From an uncultured Pelagibacteraceae bacterium (GTDB taxonomy: Bacteria > Pseudomonadota > Alphaproteobacteria > Pelagibacterales > Pelagibacteraceae), in assembly GCA_902617975.1 (NCBI GenBank), contig CACMYV010000003.1, positions 23,394 to 87,393 of the forward strand: a stretch of DNA of 64,000 nucleotides, given 5' to 3'. The stretch's first letter is position 1; every line of letters starts with the position of its first letter. Under the pieces are notes generated by a model. It was given only the letters and a program-made list of their open reading frames with translations. It was not told where the DNA came from and did no database searches. Below are positions 32,439-46,024 of this stretch, piece by piece. A program made the position numbers and the translations under genes.

Positions 32439-35336
32439 ATGAGCTCTCCTAAAAATCTGGAATATAAAAAAACATCGTTTCTAAATAAAGCGAATAGTGC
32501 ATTTATTGAGGAAATGTATGTAAAATTTATAAATAAAGATCCATCTCTATCTGAAAGTTGGATTGAATATTTCTCAGGTGTAGATGAGGATATGAAGATA
32601 TTAGTCGATGAGATAAATGGACCGTCGTGGAAACCTTTCTCAAAAAAAATTAATATAGAAGATGTTGAGAAAACAGCTAAAGAAAATGAAAAAAACAAAG
32701 ATAATTCTAGCAAGTTTAATTTCCAAGTAATTGCAAATTCAAATAAAAATTCAATAAGTGCCGTAGCCTTGATAAGAGCTTATCGCTTAAGGGGACATCT
32801 ATTATCAAAATTAGATCCTTTAGAATTGATGAAGTCAGAATATTTAGACGAATTACATCCTGAGTACTATGGTTTTAAAAAAGAAGATTATGACAAAGAA
32901 ATTTTTCTAAACGGAATAATAAATAAAAAAAGTGCAAATATTAGAGAAATACTTAAGTTTTTAAAAAAAACTTATTGTGGTCCCATAGGTTATGAATACA
33001 TGCATATTTCAAATCCAACTGAGAGAATGTGGTTTAGAGATAGAGTTGAAAAAGACGAGAATGCACTCAAGTTTACAAAAAATGGAAAGCAAGCAATTTT
33101 AAATAAATTAATACAAGCAGAGGGATTTGAAAAATTTTTAAACACAAAATATGTTGGTACTAAAAGATTTGGTTTAGATGGTGGAGAAAGTTTAATACCT
33201 GCTCTTGAGCAAATTATAAAAATCGGAGGACAATCCAAAATAAAAGAAGTTAAAATAGGAATGTCACATAGAGGAAGACTAAATGTCTTAGCAAACGTTT
33301 TACAAAAGTCTTATAAAAGAATTTTTAATGAATTTGCTGGTGAAATGGATGGTTCAGAAGATGGTGCTGGAGATGTCAAATACCATTTAGGAGCCTCATC
33401 TGATAGAGAATTTGATGGAAATCCTGTACACGTTAGTTTAACAGATAATCCTTCACATTTAGAGGCTGTTAATCCTGTTGTTCTTGGCCAAACTAGAGCT
33501 AAACAATTTTTTCACAAAGACAAAGAAAGAAATAAAGTTATACCAATATTAATTCACGGTGATGCTGCATTTGCAGGGCAAGGAATAGTTGCAGAGTGTT
33601 TTGCGATGTCCGGACTTCCTGGTCATAACACTGGAGGGACAATCCATATTATTGTTAACAACCAAATTGGATTTACAACAAGTCCTAGATTTGCGCGATC
33701 TTCCCCTTATCCTTCTGATGTAGGTAAAATGGTTGATGCACCAATCATTCATGTTAATGGAGATGATCCTGAGGCAGTTGTTTACGCAACTAGAATAGCA
33801 ACTGAGTTTAGATTAAAATTTAATAGAGATGTTGTAATTGATTTAATATGTTACAGAAGATTTGGACATAATGAGGGAGACGAGCCATCCTTCACCCAAC
33901 CACTTATGTACAAAAAAATTAGATCTCATCCATCTACAATTAAAATTTATGGTGAAAAGCTCGTAAATGAAGGACTTTTTACGAAACAAGATTTAGATCA
34001 ACAAATTATTGATTTTAAAAATTTATTAGATGATCAATTTAAAAATGCGAAAGATTATAAACCTAAAATTAGGTGGTTTGAAGGAACTTGGTCGAGATAT
34101 AAACCCGAAAGAGGTAAAGATAAAAGAGGTGTAACTGGATCAGATTTGAAAATTTTAAATAATATTTCTAACAGAATACATGTTTTTCCAACTGATAAAA
34201 ATATTCACAAAACCATAACAAAAATTATGGAAAATAGAAAAAAAAATATTAATGAAGGCTCAGGAATTGATTGGGCAACAGCTGAGTCTTTAGCATTTGG
34301 TTCATTATTAGTTGAAGGTTATCCAGTAAGGTTAGTAGGTCAGGACTCAGGTAGAGGTACCTTTAGTCAAAGACACTCGGTTTTAAGAAATCAAATTGAT
34401 AATTCAAGGTACATACCTTTAAACAATATATCTAGTAACCAAAAAAATTTTGAAATTGTAGATAGTTTTTTATCTGAACTTGCAGTTTTAGGATTTGAAT
34501 ATGGATATAGTTTAGTAGAACCGAATACATTGACAATTTGGGAAGCTCAATTTGGAGATTTTGCAAATGGTGCACAAGTAATTATTGATCAATTTATATC
34601 ATCTGGTGAAAGAAAGTGGAAAAGAGCATCAGGACTGGTTATGTTATTACCCCATGGTTATGAAGGACAAGGTCCAGAGCACTCCTCTGCGAGATTAGAG
34701 AGATTTTTACAATTATGTGCAAATGATAATTTACAAGTTATGAATTGTACTACACCTGCAAATTATTTTCATGCTTTAAGAAGACAGATGCACCGTGATT
34801 TTAGAAAACCTTTAATTATAATGACACCTAAGTCGCTTTTAAGAAATAAATATTGTGTATCAAATTTAGAAGATTTTAGTAAAAAAAATTCTTTTCATAG
34901 AGTGCTATGGGATCATGCTAGAGATACTAAGCAAAAAGGTTTTATTAAGTTAAAAGAAGATAAAAAAATTAGAAAAGTAATATTATGCTCTGGAAAAATT
35001 TATTTTGATCTTCTCGCGGCAAGAGAGAAACTAAAAATCAATGATGTGATTTTGTATAGAATTGAACAACTATATCCTTTCCCTGCAAAAAGTTTGGTTA
35101 AAGAGCTAAAACCATTTGCAAAAAATTCAAAATTTTATTGGTGCCAAGAGGAGCCCAAAAATATGGGTGCTTGGTTTGCTGTTAGAGATTATATACAATG
35201 GACATTAGAGACTATTAAGGCTAAAAACAATGCAATTTCTTACATTGGAAGAAGTCCTGATGCTTCACCTGCTACAGGTTATGCAAGAAGACATAATTCT
35301 GAACAACAAGAAATTATAAATAAAGTATTTGAATAA
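32439..35336 (+). CDS. sucA: 2-oxoglutarate dehydrogenase E1
   Basis: HRGRLN, GDVKYH, HGDAAFAGQG, WEAQFGDF and GPEHSSAR motifs. Confidence 0.98.
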   Translation: MSSPKNLEYKKTSFLNKANSAFIEEMYVKFINKDPSLSESWIEYFSGVDEDMKILVDEINGPSWKPFSKKINIEDVEKTAKENEKNKDNSSKFNFQVIANSNKNSISAVALIRAYRLRGHLLSKLDPLELMKSEYLDELHPEYYGFKKEDYDKEIFLNGIINKKSANIREILKFLKKTYCGPIGYEYMHISNPTERMWFRDRVEKDENALKFTKNGKQAILNKLIQAEGFEKFLNTKYVGTKRFGLDGGESLIPALEQIIKIGGQSKIKEVKIGMSHRGRLNVLANVLQKSYKRIFNEFAGEMDGSEDGAGDVKYHLGASSDREFDGNPVHVSLTDNPSHLEAVNPVVLGQTRAKQFFHKDKERNKVIPILIHGDAAFAGQGIVAECFAMSGLPGHNTGGTIHIIVNNQIGFTTSPRFARSSPYPSDVGKMVDAPIIHVNGDDPEAVVYATRIATEFRLKFNRDVVIDLICYRRFGHNEGDEPSFTQPLMYKKIRSHPSTIKIYGEKLVNEGLFTKQDLDQQIIDFKNLLDDQFKNAKDYKPKIRWFEGTWSRYKPERGKDKRGVTGSDLKILNNISNRIHVFPTDKNIHKTITKIMENRKKNINEGSGIDWATAESLAFGSLLVEGYPVRLVGQDSGRGTFSQRHSVLRNQIDNSRYIPLNNISSNQKNFEIVDSFLSELAVLGFEYGYSLVEPNTLTIWEAQFGDFANGAQVIIDQFISSGERKWKRASGLVMLLPHGYEGQGPEHSSARLERFLQLCANDNLQVMNCTTPANYFHALRRQMHRDFRKPLIIMTPKSLLRNKYCVSNLEDFSKKNSFHRVLWDHARDTKQKGFIKLKEDKKIRKVILCSGKIYFDLLAAREKLKINDVILYRIEQLYPFPAKSLVKELKPFAKNSKFYWCQEEPKNMGAWFAVRDYIQWTLETIKAKNNAISYIGRSPDASPATGYARRHNSEQQEIINKVFE

Positions 35337-36611
35337 ATGAGTGAAAAAATATTAGTTCCAGTTTTGGGAGAAAGTATTACAGAGGCTACGGTCACGAAAT
35401 GGTTAAAGAAAAAGGGTGATAACGTAGTTGCTGATGAAGCTGTAGTAGAATTAGAAACTGACAAAGTAAACTTAGAAGTTCCTGCACCTGCGAGTGGTGT
35501 TATATCAGAGATCAACTCAAAAGATGGTGATACAGTTGAAGTTGGAACTGTATTAGGAATGATTTCAGAAGATGGTGCTCTTAAAGAAGAAAAGGAAGCT
35601 GAGCCGAATAAAGGAAACGTTGAAAAAAATAATGTAATAAATTTAGAAATCGAAAAGAAAAAAGATACAAAAAAAACTCAAGAACCTTTATTGCTTGACG
35701 ATGAACCATTGGTGTTAACTGATGAAGTTGAAGAAACCAAGCCTATTAAACAAAATAAAACACTTTCTCCTGCTGTAAGAAAAATGGTTGTTGAAAATAA
35801 AATTAATTTAGATGAAGTAAAAGGGACAGGTAAAGATGGTAGAATTTTAAAAGGTGATTTAATAAGTTTAATGGGAGCTAACCCTCAACCTAACGAAAGA
35901 AAAATTCAATACGGTGAAGAAGAACGAATTAAAATGTCAAGACTAAGACAAACGATTGCTAAACGTTTAAAAGAGGCTCAAAATAATGCAGCTATGCTCA
36001 CAACGTTTAATGAGGTTGATATGTCAAATATAATCTCGATGAGAAAAGATAACCAGGAAGATTTCCAAAATAGTTATGGAATTAAACTTGGCTTCATGTC
36101 CTTTTTTGTGAAAGCTTGTATGGTAGGATTAAAATTATTTCCTGCAATAAATGCTGAAGTTGAAAATGATGAAATGGTTTACAAAAATTATTATAATGTG
36201 AGCTTTGCAGTAGGAACTGAAAAAGGATTAGTTGTTCCAGTATTAAAAAATGCTGATGAAATGTCTTTTGCGGACATTGAAAAAAACATAAAAGATCTGT
36301 CAGACAAAGCAAAAAATGGAAGTCTTACTATAGAGGATCTTCAAGGCGGAACATTTACAATTAGCAATGGAGGTGTGTATGGATCAATGTTATCTACTCC
36401 TATTTTAAACCCACCACAATCAGCAGTTCTTGGAATGCATAATATCGTTGAAAGACCTGTTGTTGTTGATGGAGAGATAAAAGCTAGACCTGTAATGTTT
36501 TTAGCATTGTCTTATGATCATAGAATAATTGATGGAAAAGAATCTGTAAGTTTTTTAAAAACTGTTAAAGAAAACTTAGAAGATCCAAGAAGGTTATTTT
36601 TAAATTTATAA
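35337..36611 (+). CDS. sucB: Dihydrolipoyllysine succinyltransferase (E2)
   Basis: Lipoyl motif ETDKV, E3-binding GTGKDGRI and catalytic DHRIIDG. Confidence 0.98.
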   Translation: MSEKILVPVLGESITEATVTKWLKKKGDNVVADEAVVELETDKVNLEVPAPASGVISEINSKDGDTVEVGTVLGMISEDGALKEEKEAEPNKGNVEKNNVINLEIEKKKDTKKTQEPLLLDDEPLVLTDEVEETKPIKQNKTLSPAVRKMVVENKINLDEVKGTGKDGRILKGDLISLMGANPQPNERKIQYGEEERIKMSRLRQTIAKRLKEAQNNAAMLTTFNEVDMSNIISMRKDNQEDFQNSYGIKLGFMSFFVKACMVGLKLFPAINAEVENDEMVYKNYYNVSFAVGTEKGLVVPVLKNADEMSFADIEKNIKDLSDKAKNGSLTIEDLQGGTFTISNGGVYGSMLSTPILNPPQSAVLGMHNIVERPVVVDGEIKARPVMFLALSYDHRIIDGKESVSFLKTVKENLEDPRRLFLNL

Positions 36612-36612
36612 T

Positions 36613-38010
36613 ATGTCAGAAAAATTTGATGTTACAGTTATTGGTGGTGGTCCTGGCGGTTATGTTTGTGCAATTAGATTGTCTCAACTTGGACTTAAAA
36701 CAGCATGCATAGAGTCTAGAGGATCTCTAGGGGGGACATGTTTAAATATTGGATGTATCCCATCAAAAAGTTTACTTAATTTATCTGAAAAATTTCACAG
36801 TGCTAAAAATTTTGAAAAAATTGGAATCGAGACTGGAGAAATAAAACTCAATTTAGATAAAATGATGAAAAATAAAGACAAAGCTGTAACAGTTTTGACT
36901 AAAGGAGTTGAATTTTTATTCAAAAAAAACAAAGTCACTTATTTTAAAGGCAAAGGTTCGTTTGAGAACGAGAATTCAATAAAAATTGAAGGCTCTGATG
37001 GCATTAAAATAATTCAAACTGATAAAACAATAATCAGTACAGGATCAGAGCCAGTTTCATTGCCTGGAGTAGATTTTGATGAAGAGAGAATTCTTTCTTC
37101 AACTGGAGCTCTATCTATTCCCAAACTCCCCAATAAAATGATTGTTGTTGGCGGTGGATATATAGGATTGGAAATGGGATCAGTTTGGTCAAGACTTGGC
37201 ACTGAAGTCACAGTCGTTGAATTTTTAGACCACATCACGCCTGGAATGGATCGAGATATTTCAAATGAATTTATGAAAATATTAAAGAAGCAAGGTATAA
37301 AATTCAACCTTAATACTAAAGTTGATAAAATAACTAAAAACTCTAATGGTGTAACGGTTGAGACTTCACAAAATGATGGCCAAAAAGTTAAACATGATGT
37401 TGATGTTGTTTTAATATCTGTTGGACGAAGACCTTATACTAAAAACTTAAATTTAGATAAAGTTGGTGTAAAGTTAGATGAAAAAGGAAGAGTTAAAGTA
37501 AATAAAAATTTTGAGACAAATATTAAAAATATTTACGCAATAGGAGATGTTATTGATGGTCCTATGTTAGCTCATAAAGCTGAAGAAGAGGGGATTGCCG
37601 TTGCAGAACTTATAGCAGGCCAATCAGGTCATGTGAATTATGATATTATTCCTGGAGTTGTTTATACATCTCCCGAGGTTGCTTATGTTGGCAAAAGCGA
37701 AGAGCAATTAAAAAAAGAAAACATAGGTTATAAAATTGGTAAATTTCCTTTTATGGCAAATTCAAGAGCTAAAGCAATTGATGAGCCAGAGGGTTTTGTA
37801 AAAATTTTGGCAGACCAATCAACTGATAAAGTGCTTGGTGTTCATATAATTGGCCCTCATGCAGGAGAAATGATAGCTGAGATGGCTGTCGCAATGGAAT
37901 TTGGAGCTAGTTCAGAAGATATTGCAAGAACATGTCACGCACACCCAACATTTTCAGAAGCTATAAAAGAAGCAGCATTATCAGTAGATAAAAGACAAAT
38001 CCACTCTTAA
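36613..38010 (+). CDS. lpdA: Dihydrolipoamide dehydrogenase
   Basis: GGGPGGY, GGTCLNIGCIPSK and HAHPTFSE motifs. Confidence 0.98.
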   Translation: MSEKFDVTVIGGGPGGYVCAIRLSQLGLKTACIESRGSLGGTCLNIGCIPSKSLLNLSEKFHSAKNFEKIGIETGEIKLNLDKMMKNKDKAVTVLTKGVEFLFKKNKVTYFKGKGSFENENSIKIEGSDGIKIIQTDKTIISTGSEPVSLPGVDFDEERILSSTGALSIPKLPNKMIVVGGGYIGLEMGSVWSRLGTEVTVVEFLDHITPGMDRDISNEFMKILKKQGIKFNLNTKVDKITKNSNGVTVETSQNDGQKVKHDVDVVLISVGRRPYTKNLNLDKVGVKLDEKGRVKVNKNFETNIKNIYAIGDVIDGPMLAHKAEEEGIAVAELIAGQSGHVNYDIIPGVVYTSPEVAYVGKSEEQLKKENIGYKIGKFPFMANSRAKAIDEPEGFVKILADQSTDKVLGVHIIGPHAGEMIAEMAVAMEFGASSEDIARTCHAHPTFSEAIKEAALSVDKRQIHS

Positions 38011-38013
38011 TAA

Positions 38014-38658
38014 TTATTTTTCTACATTCAATAAAGCAAATCTTTTAAATTTTTCTTCAAGGTTTATTTTATTATTATTTGCAAAGTCTTTTATTGCTTT
38101 TTCAACACTTTCAATTTTTGTAATACCTGCAAAATCATCGCAAACAATTTTAGAATTATTTTTCATGTTGTCGTAAAGTTTTTGTAAATCACTTAAAACA
38201 GTATCGTAACTATGGCCTCCATCTAAAAATACGAAATCAATTTCACTTAAAGGAACTTTATCTAAAGTCACCCTTGTGTCTCCTTCTATTAGTTCAATAT
38301 TTTGTGAAAATTTCTTTAAAAAATTTTGAACAGATATCTTTGAATTTAAATTTTCTTTTTTTATGAAATTATAATAGATAGTTTTAAGTGGATTCGAAAA
38401 CTTTTGATTTTCAAGAAATTTAGGTTCGATCTCATCTACACTTGATGTTTTAGTAGACCCAAATAAATCTAATCCGTAATATTTAAAATCACTACCAAAA
38501 TTTGTCTTTAACAATTCACATATATTTTTTGATGTAACACCACAAAAAACACCAATTTCTAGCACATTTTTTGGCTTATATTCCTTAACTAAACTCAAAA
38601 AATTATCCCCATAAGGTTTTTTTAAACCTGATTTTCTCCAGTAATATTTATATTTCAT
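38014..38658 (-). CDS. Class I SAM-dependent methyltransferase (Methyltransf_24-like)
   Basis: VLEIGVFCG, GLDLF, IDFVFLDGGHSY and IVCDD motifs. Confidence 0.85.
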   Translation of the reverse strand: MKYKYYWRKSGLKKPYGDNFLSLVKEYKPKNVLEIGVFCGVTSKNICELLKTNFGSDFKYYGLDLFGSTKTSSVDEIEPKFLENQKFSNPLKTIYYNFIKKENLNSKISVQNFLKKFSQNIELIEGDTRVTLDKVPLSEIDFVFLDGGHSYDTVLSDLQKLYDNMKNNSKIVCDDFAGITKIESVEKAIKDFANNNKINLEEKFKRFALLNVEK

Positions 38659-38709
38659 TTGATCTATTTATATATTTTTAAGATATAAAAAAACTAAAAT
38701 TAAATATTT

Positions 38710-40665
38710 ATGAAATATCCAGTTTTGTTGCCAAATATATTTGATTATCCTTTTACATATGAAAGTAATATTAAATTAAAAGCAGGAGATTATGTAAAAG
38801 TTCCATTTGGTAAGAAAAATATTATTGGTGTAATTTGGGATTTTTTTGAAGAAAAGAATAACAAAGAATTTAAATTAAAATCTGTAATTGAAAAAATTGA
38901 AATTGAACCACTAAGTAAAAAGACAATGAATTTTCTAAAGTGGTTTTCTAATTACAATCTTGTACCCCTAGGAATGTGTTTAAAACTACATTTAATTAAT
39001 GACCAAAATTTAAAAATAAAAAATGACAGCGATCTATTAAAATATGCTCTATCAAACAAAAAAGAAAGTTATCAACTTTCTGAAGAGCAAGATAAGGCTT
39101 ATAAAGAGTTATCTAAAAATGATAGCAGTTTTAGAGTTCATTTACTTCAAGGTACAACCGGTTCAGGAAAAACAATAGTTTATTTTAAAGCTATTGAAAA
39201 AATTATAAATATAGGATTGCAAGCTCTAATTTTATTACCAGAAATAGGACTAACAAATGAATTTGAAAAAAAATTTAAATCTTATTTTGGATTTGAAGCT
39301 GCAGTTTGGCATTCAAAAGTCAGCCCAAAAAAAAGAAAAATTATATGGAATGGATTATCAGCAGGAAAAATTAAAGTAGTACTCGGAGCAAGATCATCCT
39401 TATTTCTGCCATTCAAAAAATTAGGTTTGATAACTGTAGATGAAGAGCACGATCAATCTTATAAACAAGATGAAGGAATTATCTATAATGCTAGAGATAT
39501 GGCAATATCAAGAGCTAAACACGAAAATATTCCAATAAATTTAGTAACTGCAGTTCCATCAATCGAAACATATGAAAATATTAAAATTAAAAAATATAAT
39601 TACTCAAGATTGCTTAATCGATATAAAGGTGCAAATTTACCCAAACACCATGTTATCGATCTTTATCAAAATCAACTAGCAACCAAAAGTTCTATATCTC
39701 TCAAAACTCTTGAAAAAGTAAAAGAACATTTAAATAAAAAAGATCAAGTTCTCTTTTTCATAAATAGAAGAGGTTTTGCACCCTATGTTTTATGTAAAAA
39801 ATGTTTAAATGTTTTTACATGCCCAAGGTGTTCTATAAATTTAGTATTTCACAAAAATAAAAAAATTCTTTTGTGTCACTACTGTGGATATAATTCAAAA
39901 TTAAATAGAGATTGTAAAAAAGGAAATGTTTGTGAGTTTGTATTTAGTGGACCTGGGGTAGAAAAAATTGCAGAGGAAGTTAAAAATCTCTTTCCTAATA
40001 AAAAAACAATAATTTTTTCTAGCGACACAATGAATAAAGCATCTGGCAAAGATAAATTGAATAAAATTATATCTGGTGAAATAGATATTCTTGTAGGCAC
40101 TCAATTAATATCAAAAGGATTTCACTTTCCAAAATTGAATTGTATTGTTGTATTAGACATTGATTTAACTTCTCAAGGACACGATCTTAGAAGCACTGAA
40201 AAAAATTTACAACTTTACCACCAATTATCGGGAAGAGCAGGTAGAACTGGTAAACCAGCTAATATTTATTTCCAAACATACAACTTAAAACCAGAAGTTA
40301 TAAATCAAATTACAAATGAAGATCCTTTTAAATTTTTAGAAAATGAATTAAATTTAAGAAAGAGGAATAATTTACCACCCTACGAAAGATTTATTGCTTT
40401 AATTTTATCTTCATCAAATGAAAAAAAACTTGATATAGATGCTGTAAAACTTAAAAATGTTTTATCAAAATCTATAGATGCAAAAATTTTAGGACCAGTA
40501 AACGCTCCAATATATAGAATTAATCAAAAATTCAGAAATAGACTATTAATAAGGGCAAAAAAAACATCTAGTGTTCAGAAAAAATTGAAAGATGTATTAA
40601 AAGATTTTCAACTCTCCAAAGGATTGAAACTTTCAGTTGATGTTGACCCTATCAGCTTCAATTAG
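38710..40665 (+). CDS. priA: Primosomal protein N' (replication restart helicase)
   Basis: GTTGSGKT, DEEH, NRRG, Cys-rich region, GRAGR and DVDP motifs. Confidence 0.96.
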   Translation: MKYPVLLPNIFDYPFTYESNIKLKAGDYVKVPFGKKNIIGVIWDFFEEKNNKEFKLKSVIEKIEIEPLSKKTMNFLKWFSNYNLVPLGMCLKLHLINDQNLKIKNDSDLLKYALSNKKESYQLSEEQDKAYKELSKNDSSFRVHLLQGTTGSGKTIVYFKAIEKIINIGLQALILLPEIGLTNEFEKKFKSYFGFEAAVWHSKVSPKKRKIIWNGLSAGKIKVVLGARSSLFLPFKKLGLITVDEEHDQSYKQDEGIIYNARDMAISRAKHENIPINLVTAVPSIETYENIKIKKYNYSRLLNRYKGANLPKHHVIDLYQNQLATKSSISLKTLEKVKEHLNKKDQVLFFINRRGFAPYVLCKKCLNVFTCPRCSINLVFHKNKKILLCHYCGYNSKLNRDCKKGNVCEFVFSGPGVEKIAEEVKNLFPNKKTIIFSSDTMNKASGKDKLNKIISGEIDILVGTQLISKGFHFPKLNCIVVLDIDLTSQGHDLRSTEKNLQLYHQLSGRAGRTGKPANIYFQTYNLKPEVINQITNEDPFKFLENELNLRKRNNLPPYERFIALILSSSNEKKLDIDAVKLKNVLSKSIDAKILGPVNAPIYRINQKFRNRLLIRAKKTSSVQKKLKDVLKDFQLSKGLKLSVDVDPISFN

Positions 40666-40700
40666 CCCATTAAATCTTACCATTTTTCACAATCTGAGCC

Positions 40701-40729
40701 TTGAAGACTGATAATTCGTATGTTATCTA
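40701..40729 (+). promoter_or_regulatory. Putative sigma70 promoter of atpHAGDC
   Basis: TTGAAG-17 nt-TATCTA with an extended -10 TG. Confidence 0.5.
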
Positions 40730-40767
40730 AGCGAAATTTTAAACATCTTCACAATTGAGAGTATAAA

Positions 40768-41322
40768 TTGAGCGAAAATAAAAAATCAATAACTTCTAAC
40801 AACAGTTATGCTCAAGCATTATTCGAGCTGGCTAACGAAAATAAATCTCTATCAAAAGTAGAGGAACAAGTCGTTGCAATAAGTAGACTCACAAATGAAA
40901 GTAAAGAATTTAGATATTTAATCAAAAACCCCACGACAAGCATTGAGGATTTAACTAAAGTTATTGAAACAATTTCTGAAAAAAACAATTTTGATAATCT
41001 TTTAAAAAGATTTCTAGTTTTTTTAATTCAAAAAAGAAGATTTTTTTATTTAGAAAAAATTTTAAGTGATTTTATAGAGGTATGTTCGAAAGCCAGAGGT
41101 GAAATAAAAGCAGAACTTTTTTCAGCTAAAGAACTTAATGAAACAGATATTTCTAAAATAAAAGAAGAGCTATCTCAAAACTTTGGAGCAAAGATACAGT
41201 TAAATTATAAATTTGACCCAAGTTTAATTGGTGGCTTGGTATTAAAAGTGGGAAGTACAATGGTAGATAATTCTATTAAAAATAAACTGCAACAAATTCA
41301 AAAACAAATGATAGAGGCATAA
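40768..41322 (+). CDS. atpH: ATP synthase F1 delta subunit
   Basis: YAQALF and DPSLIGG motifs; first gene of the F1 operon; TTG start. Confidence 0.93.
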   Translation: MSENKKSITSNNSYAQALFELANENKSLSKVEEQVVAISRLTNESKEFRYLIKNPTTSIEDLTKVIETISEKNNFDNLLKRFLVFLIQKRRFFYLEKILSDFIEVCSKARGEIKAELFSAKELNETDISKIKEELSQNFGAKIQLNYKFDPSLIGGLVLKVGSTMVDNSIKNKLQQIQKQMIEA

Positions 41323-42843
41323 ATGGAAATAAATCCTTCAGAAGTAACAAAAATATTAAAAGAACAGATAAAAAAACTTGGCGATAGAGCTGAAGTTTCA
41401 GAGGTCGGACAAGTATTGTCTGTTGGAGATGGAATTGCAAGAATTTATGGCTTGGATAATGTTCAAGCAGGAGAAATGGTTGAGTTTTCTGATGGTTCTA
41501 AAGGAATGGCATTAAACTTAGAGAGTGACAACGTTGGTGTTGTTATATTTGGCGATGATAGAGAAATTAAAGAGGGTGATACTGTAAAAAGAACTGGTGC
41601 GATTGTTGATGTACCAGTTGGAAAACAACTTTTAGGAAGAGTTGTTGATGGATTAGGAAATCCAATTGATGGAAAAGGAGCTTTAGATAAAAGTTTAGAA
41701 AGAAAAAGAGTTGAAGTTAAAGCTCCAGGAATTATTCCACGACAATCAGTTGGAGAACCAATGCAAACAGGTTTAAAAGCAATTGATAGCTTAATTCCTG
41801 TTGGAAGAGGGCAAAGAGAACTTATAATTGGAGATCGTCAAACTGGTAAAACCGCAGTAGCTATCGATACAATTATCAATCAAAAGAAAATTAATGAGTC
41901 AGACGATGAAAGTAAAAAACTTTATTGTATATATGTTGCAATTGGACAAAAAAGATCAACTGTTGCTCAGATTGTAAAAACTTTAGAGGATGCTGGCGCA
42001 ATGGAATATACGACTATAGTTTCCGCAACAGCCTCAGACTCCGCGCCTCTTCAGTTTTTAGCTCCTTACACAGGATGTACTATGGGAGAATATTTTAGAG
42101 ACAATGGAATGCATGCTTTGATTATTTACGATGATTTATCTAAGCAAGCAGTCGCATATAGACAAATGTCATTATTATTAAGAAGACCACCAGGGCGTGA
42201 AGCATACCCTGGGGATGTATTTTATTTACACAGTAGGTTATTAGAAAGAGCTGCTAAATTAAGTGATGAAAATGGCGGAGGTTCTTTAACTGCGCTACCA
42301 ATTATTGAAACACAAGCAGGTGATGTTTCTGCATATATTCCAACAAATGTAATATCTATTACAGATGGGCAAATATTTTTAGAAACTGAACTATTCAATC
42401 AAGGAATAAGACCAGCAGTAAACGTTGGATTATCAGTATCTAGAGTAGGATCAGCTGCACAAACTAAAGCTATGAAATCTGTAGCTGGATCAATTAAATT
42501 AGAGTTAGCTCAATACAGAGAAATGGCAGCTTTTGCTCAATTTGGGTCTGATTTAGATGCATCTACACAAAAACTTTTAAATAGAGGTTCGAAATTAACT
42601 GAACTTTTAAAACAAGGACAATATTCTCCCATGACAGTTGCAGAACAAGTTATATCAATTTTTTGTGGTGTAAAAGGTTATTTGGATGATATTGAACTTA
42701 AAGATGTAGCCGACTTTGAGAATAAAGTTCTACAAAAGTGTAAATCTGATAAGCCTGAGATAATGGAGTCTATCGCCAAAACTGGAAAGATTGAGGAAGA
42801 CATTGAAAAACAATTAGTAGAATTAATTAAAGGAATTAAATAG
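41323..42843 (+). CDS. atpA: ATP synthase F1 alpha subunit
   Basis: GDRQTGKT and [12 protein letters not shown] motifs. Confidence 0.99.
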   Translation: MEINPSEVTKILKEQIKKLGDRAEVSEVGQVLSVGDGIARIYGLDNVQAGEMVEFSDGSKGMALNLESDNVGVVIFGDDREIKEGDTVKRTGAIVDVPVGKQLLGRVVDGLGNPIDGKGALDKSLERKRVEVKAPGIIPRQSVGEPMQTGLKAIDSLIPVGRGQRELIIGDRQTGKTAVAIDTIINQKKINESDDESKKLYCIYVAIGQKRSTVAQIVKTLEDAGAMEYTTIVSATASDSAPLQFLAPYTGCTMGEYFRDNGMHALIIYDDLSKQAVAYRQMSLLLRRPPGREAYPGDVFYLHSRLLERAAKLSDENGGGSLTALPIIETQAGDVSAYIPTNVISITDGQIFLETELFNQGIRPAVNVGLSVSRVGSAAQTKAMKSVAGSIKLELAQYREMAAFAQFGSDLDASTQKLLNRGSKLTELLKQGQYSPMTVAEQVISIFCGVKGYLDDIELKDVADFENKVLQKCKSDKPEIMESIAKTGKIEEDIEKQLVELIKGIK

Positions 42844-42849
42844 TCATAA

Positions 42850-45154
<2,305 letters not shown>

Positions 45155-45155
<1 letters not shown>

Positions 45156-45553
45156 TGAGTAATCTTTTTAATATAGATATTGTTAATCCAGAACAATCTT
45201 TTCTTTCTAAAGACAATGTATTTGAAGTTGTAATACCTGCTGTAGAAGGAGAGATTGGTATTCTTAAAGACCATATTCCAATTATCTCTTTTTTAAAACC
45301 TGGTATAATTAGAGTATTCTCTGAATCGGAGGAACAAAATTTTTATGTTGAAGATGGTATTGTTGAATTTAAAGATAATACATTATCTGTATTAACTAGT
45401 TCAATTTTTGATTTAAAAAATGCTGATAAAAATTTTGTATCTGAGTCGATAAGCAGTGCTGAAGCAGAATTATCAAAAGATAATATCGATGATCAAAAAA
45501 GGTTTCTTTTAAACCATAAAGTCGAAGTTCTAAAATCTATAAGTATTAATTAA
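45155..45553 (+). CDS. atpC: ATP synthase F1 epsilon subunit
   Basis: GEIGILKDHIP..LKPG motif; follows atpD. Confidence 0.93.
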
Positions 45554-46022
45554 CTACTTTTTCTAGTTCTTTTTGAATTTCTTGGTAAACATGAAGTTTA
45601 AAATCTACAACTTTAGTTGTTAAATCTTTAATATCTATCCATTTCCAATCTAAAAATTCAGGATGTTTAGTTTTAATGTTAATCTCATTTTCCTCTCCAT
45701 TAAACTTCATAATAAACCATTTTTGCTTTTGGCCTTTATATTTTCCTTTCCAAATAATTCCTAAAAGGCGATCAGGAAGATCGTAAGTTGTGTATTTGCT
45801 TATTTCTTTAACTAGTTCTACAGACTTTATGCTTGTTTCTTCTTTAAGTTCCCTTAACGCTGCATCAAAATAGTTTTCACCTTCATCAATACCACCTTGA
45901 GGCATCTGCCAAAAATCTGCAGGATTATCAATTCTTTTTGCTACAAATATCTTATTTTTTTTGTTTAAGACTGCGATGCCTACACCATTTCTTAATGGGA
46001 GTTTTTGAAATTTTTCTTTCAT
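45546..46022 (-). CDS. rppH: RNA pyrophosphohydrolase (Nudix)
   Basis: WQMPQGGIDEGE..ALRELKEET Nudix box and GQKQKWF. Confidence 0.94.
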   Translation of the reverse strand: MKEKFQKLPLRNGVGIAVLNKKNKIFVAKRIDNPADFWQMPQGGIDEGENYFDAALRELKEETSIKSVELVKEISKYTTYDLPDRLLGIIWKGKYKGQKQKWFIMKFNGEENEINIKTKHPEFLDWKWIDIKDLTTKVVDFKLHVYQEIQKELEKVVN

Positions 46023-46024
46023 TC

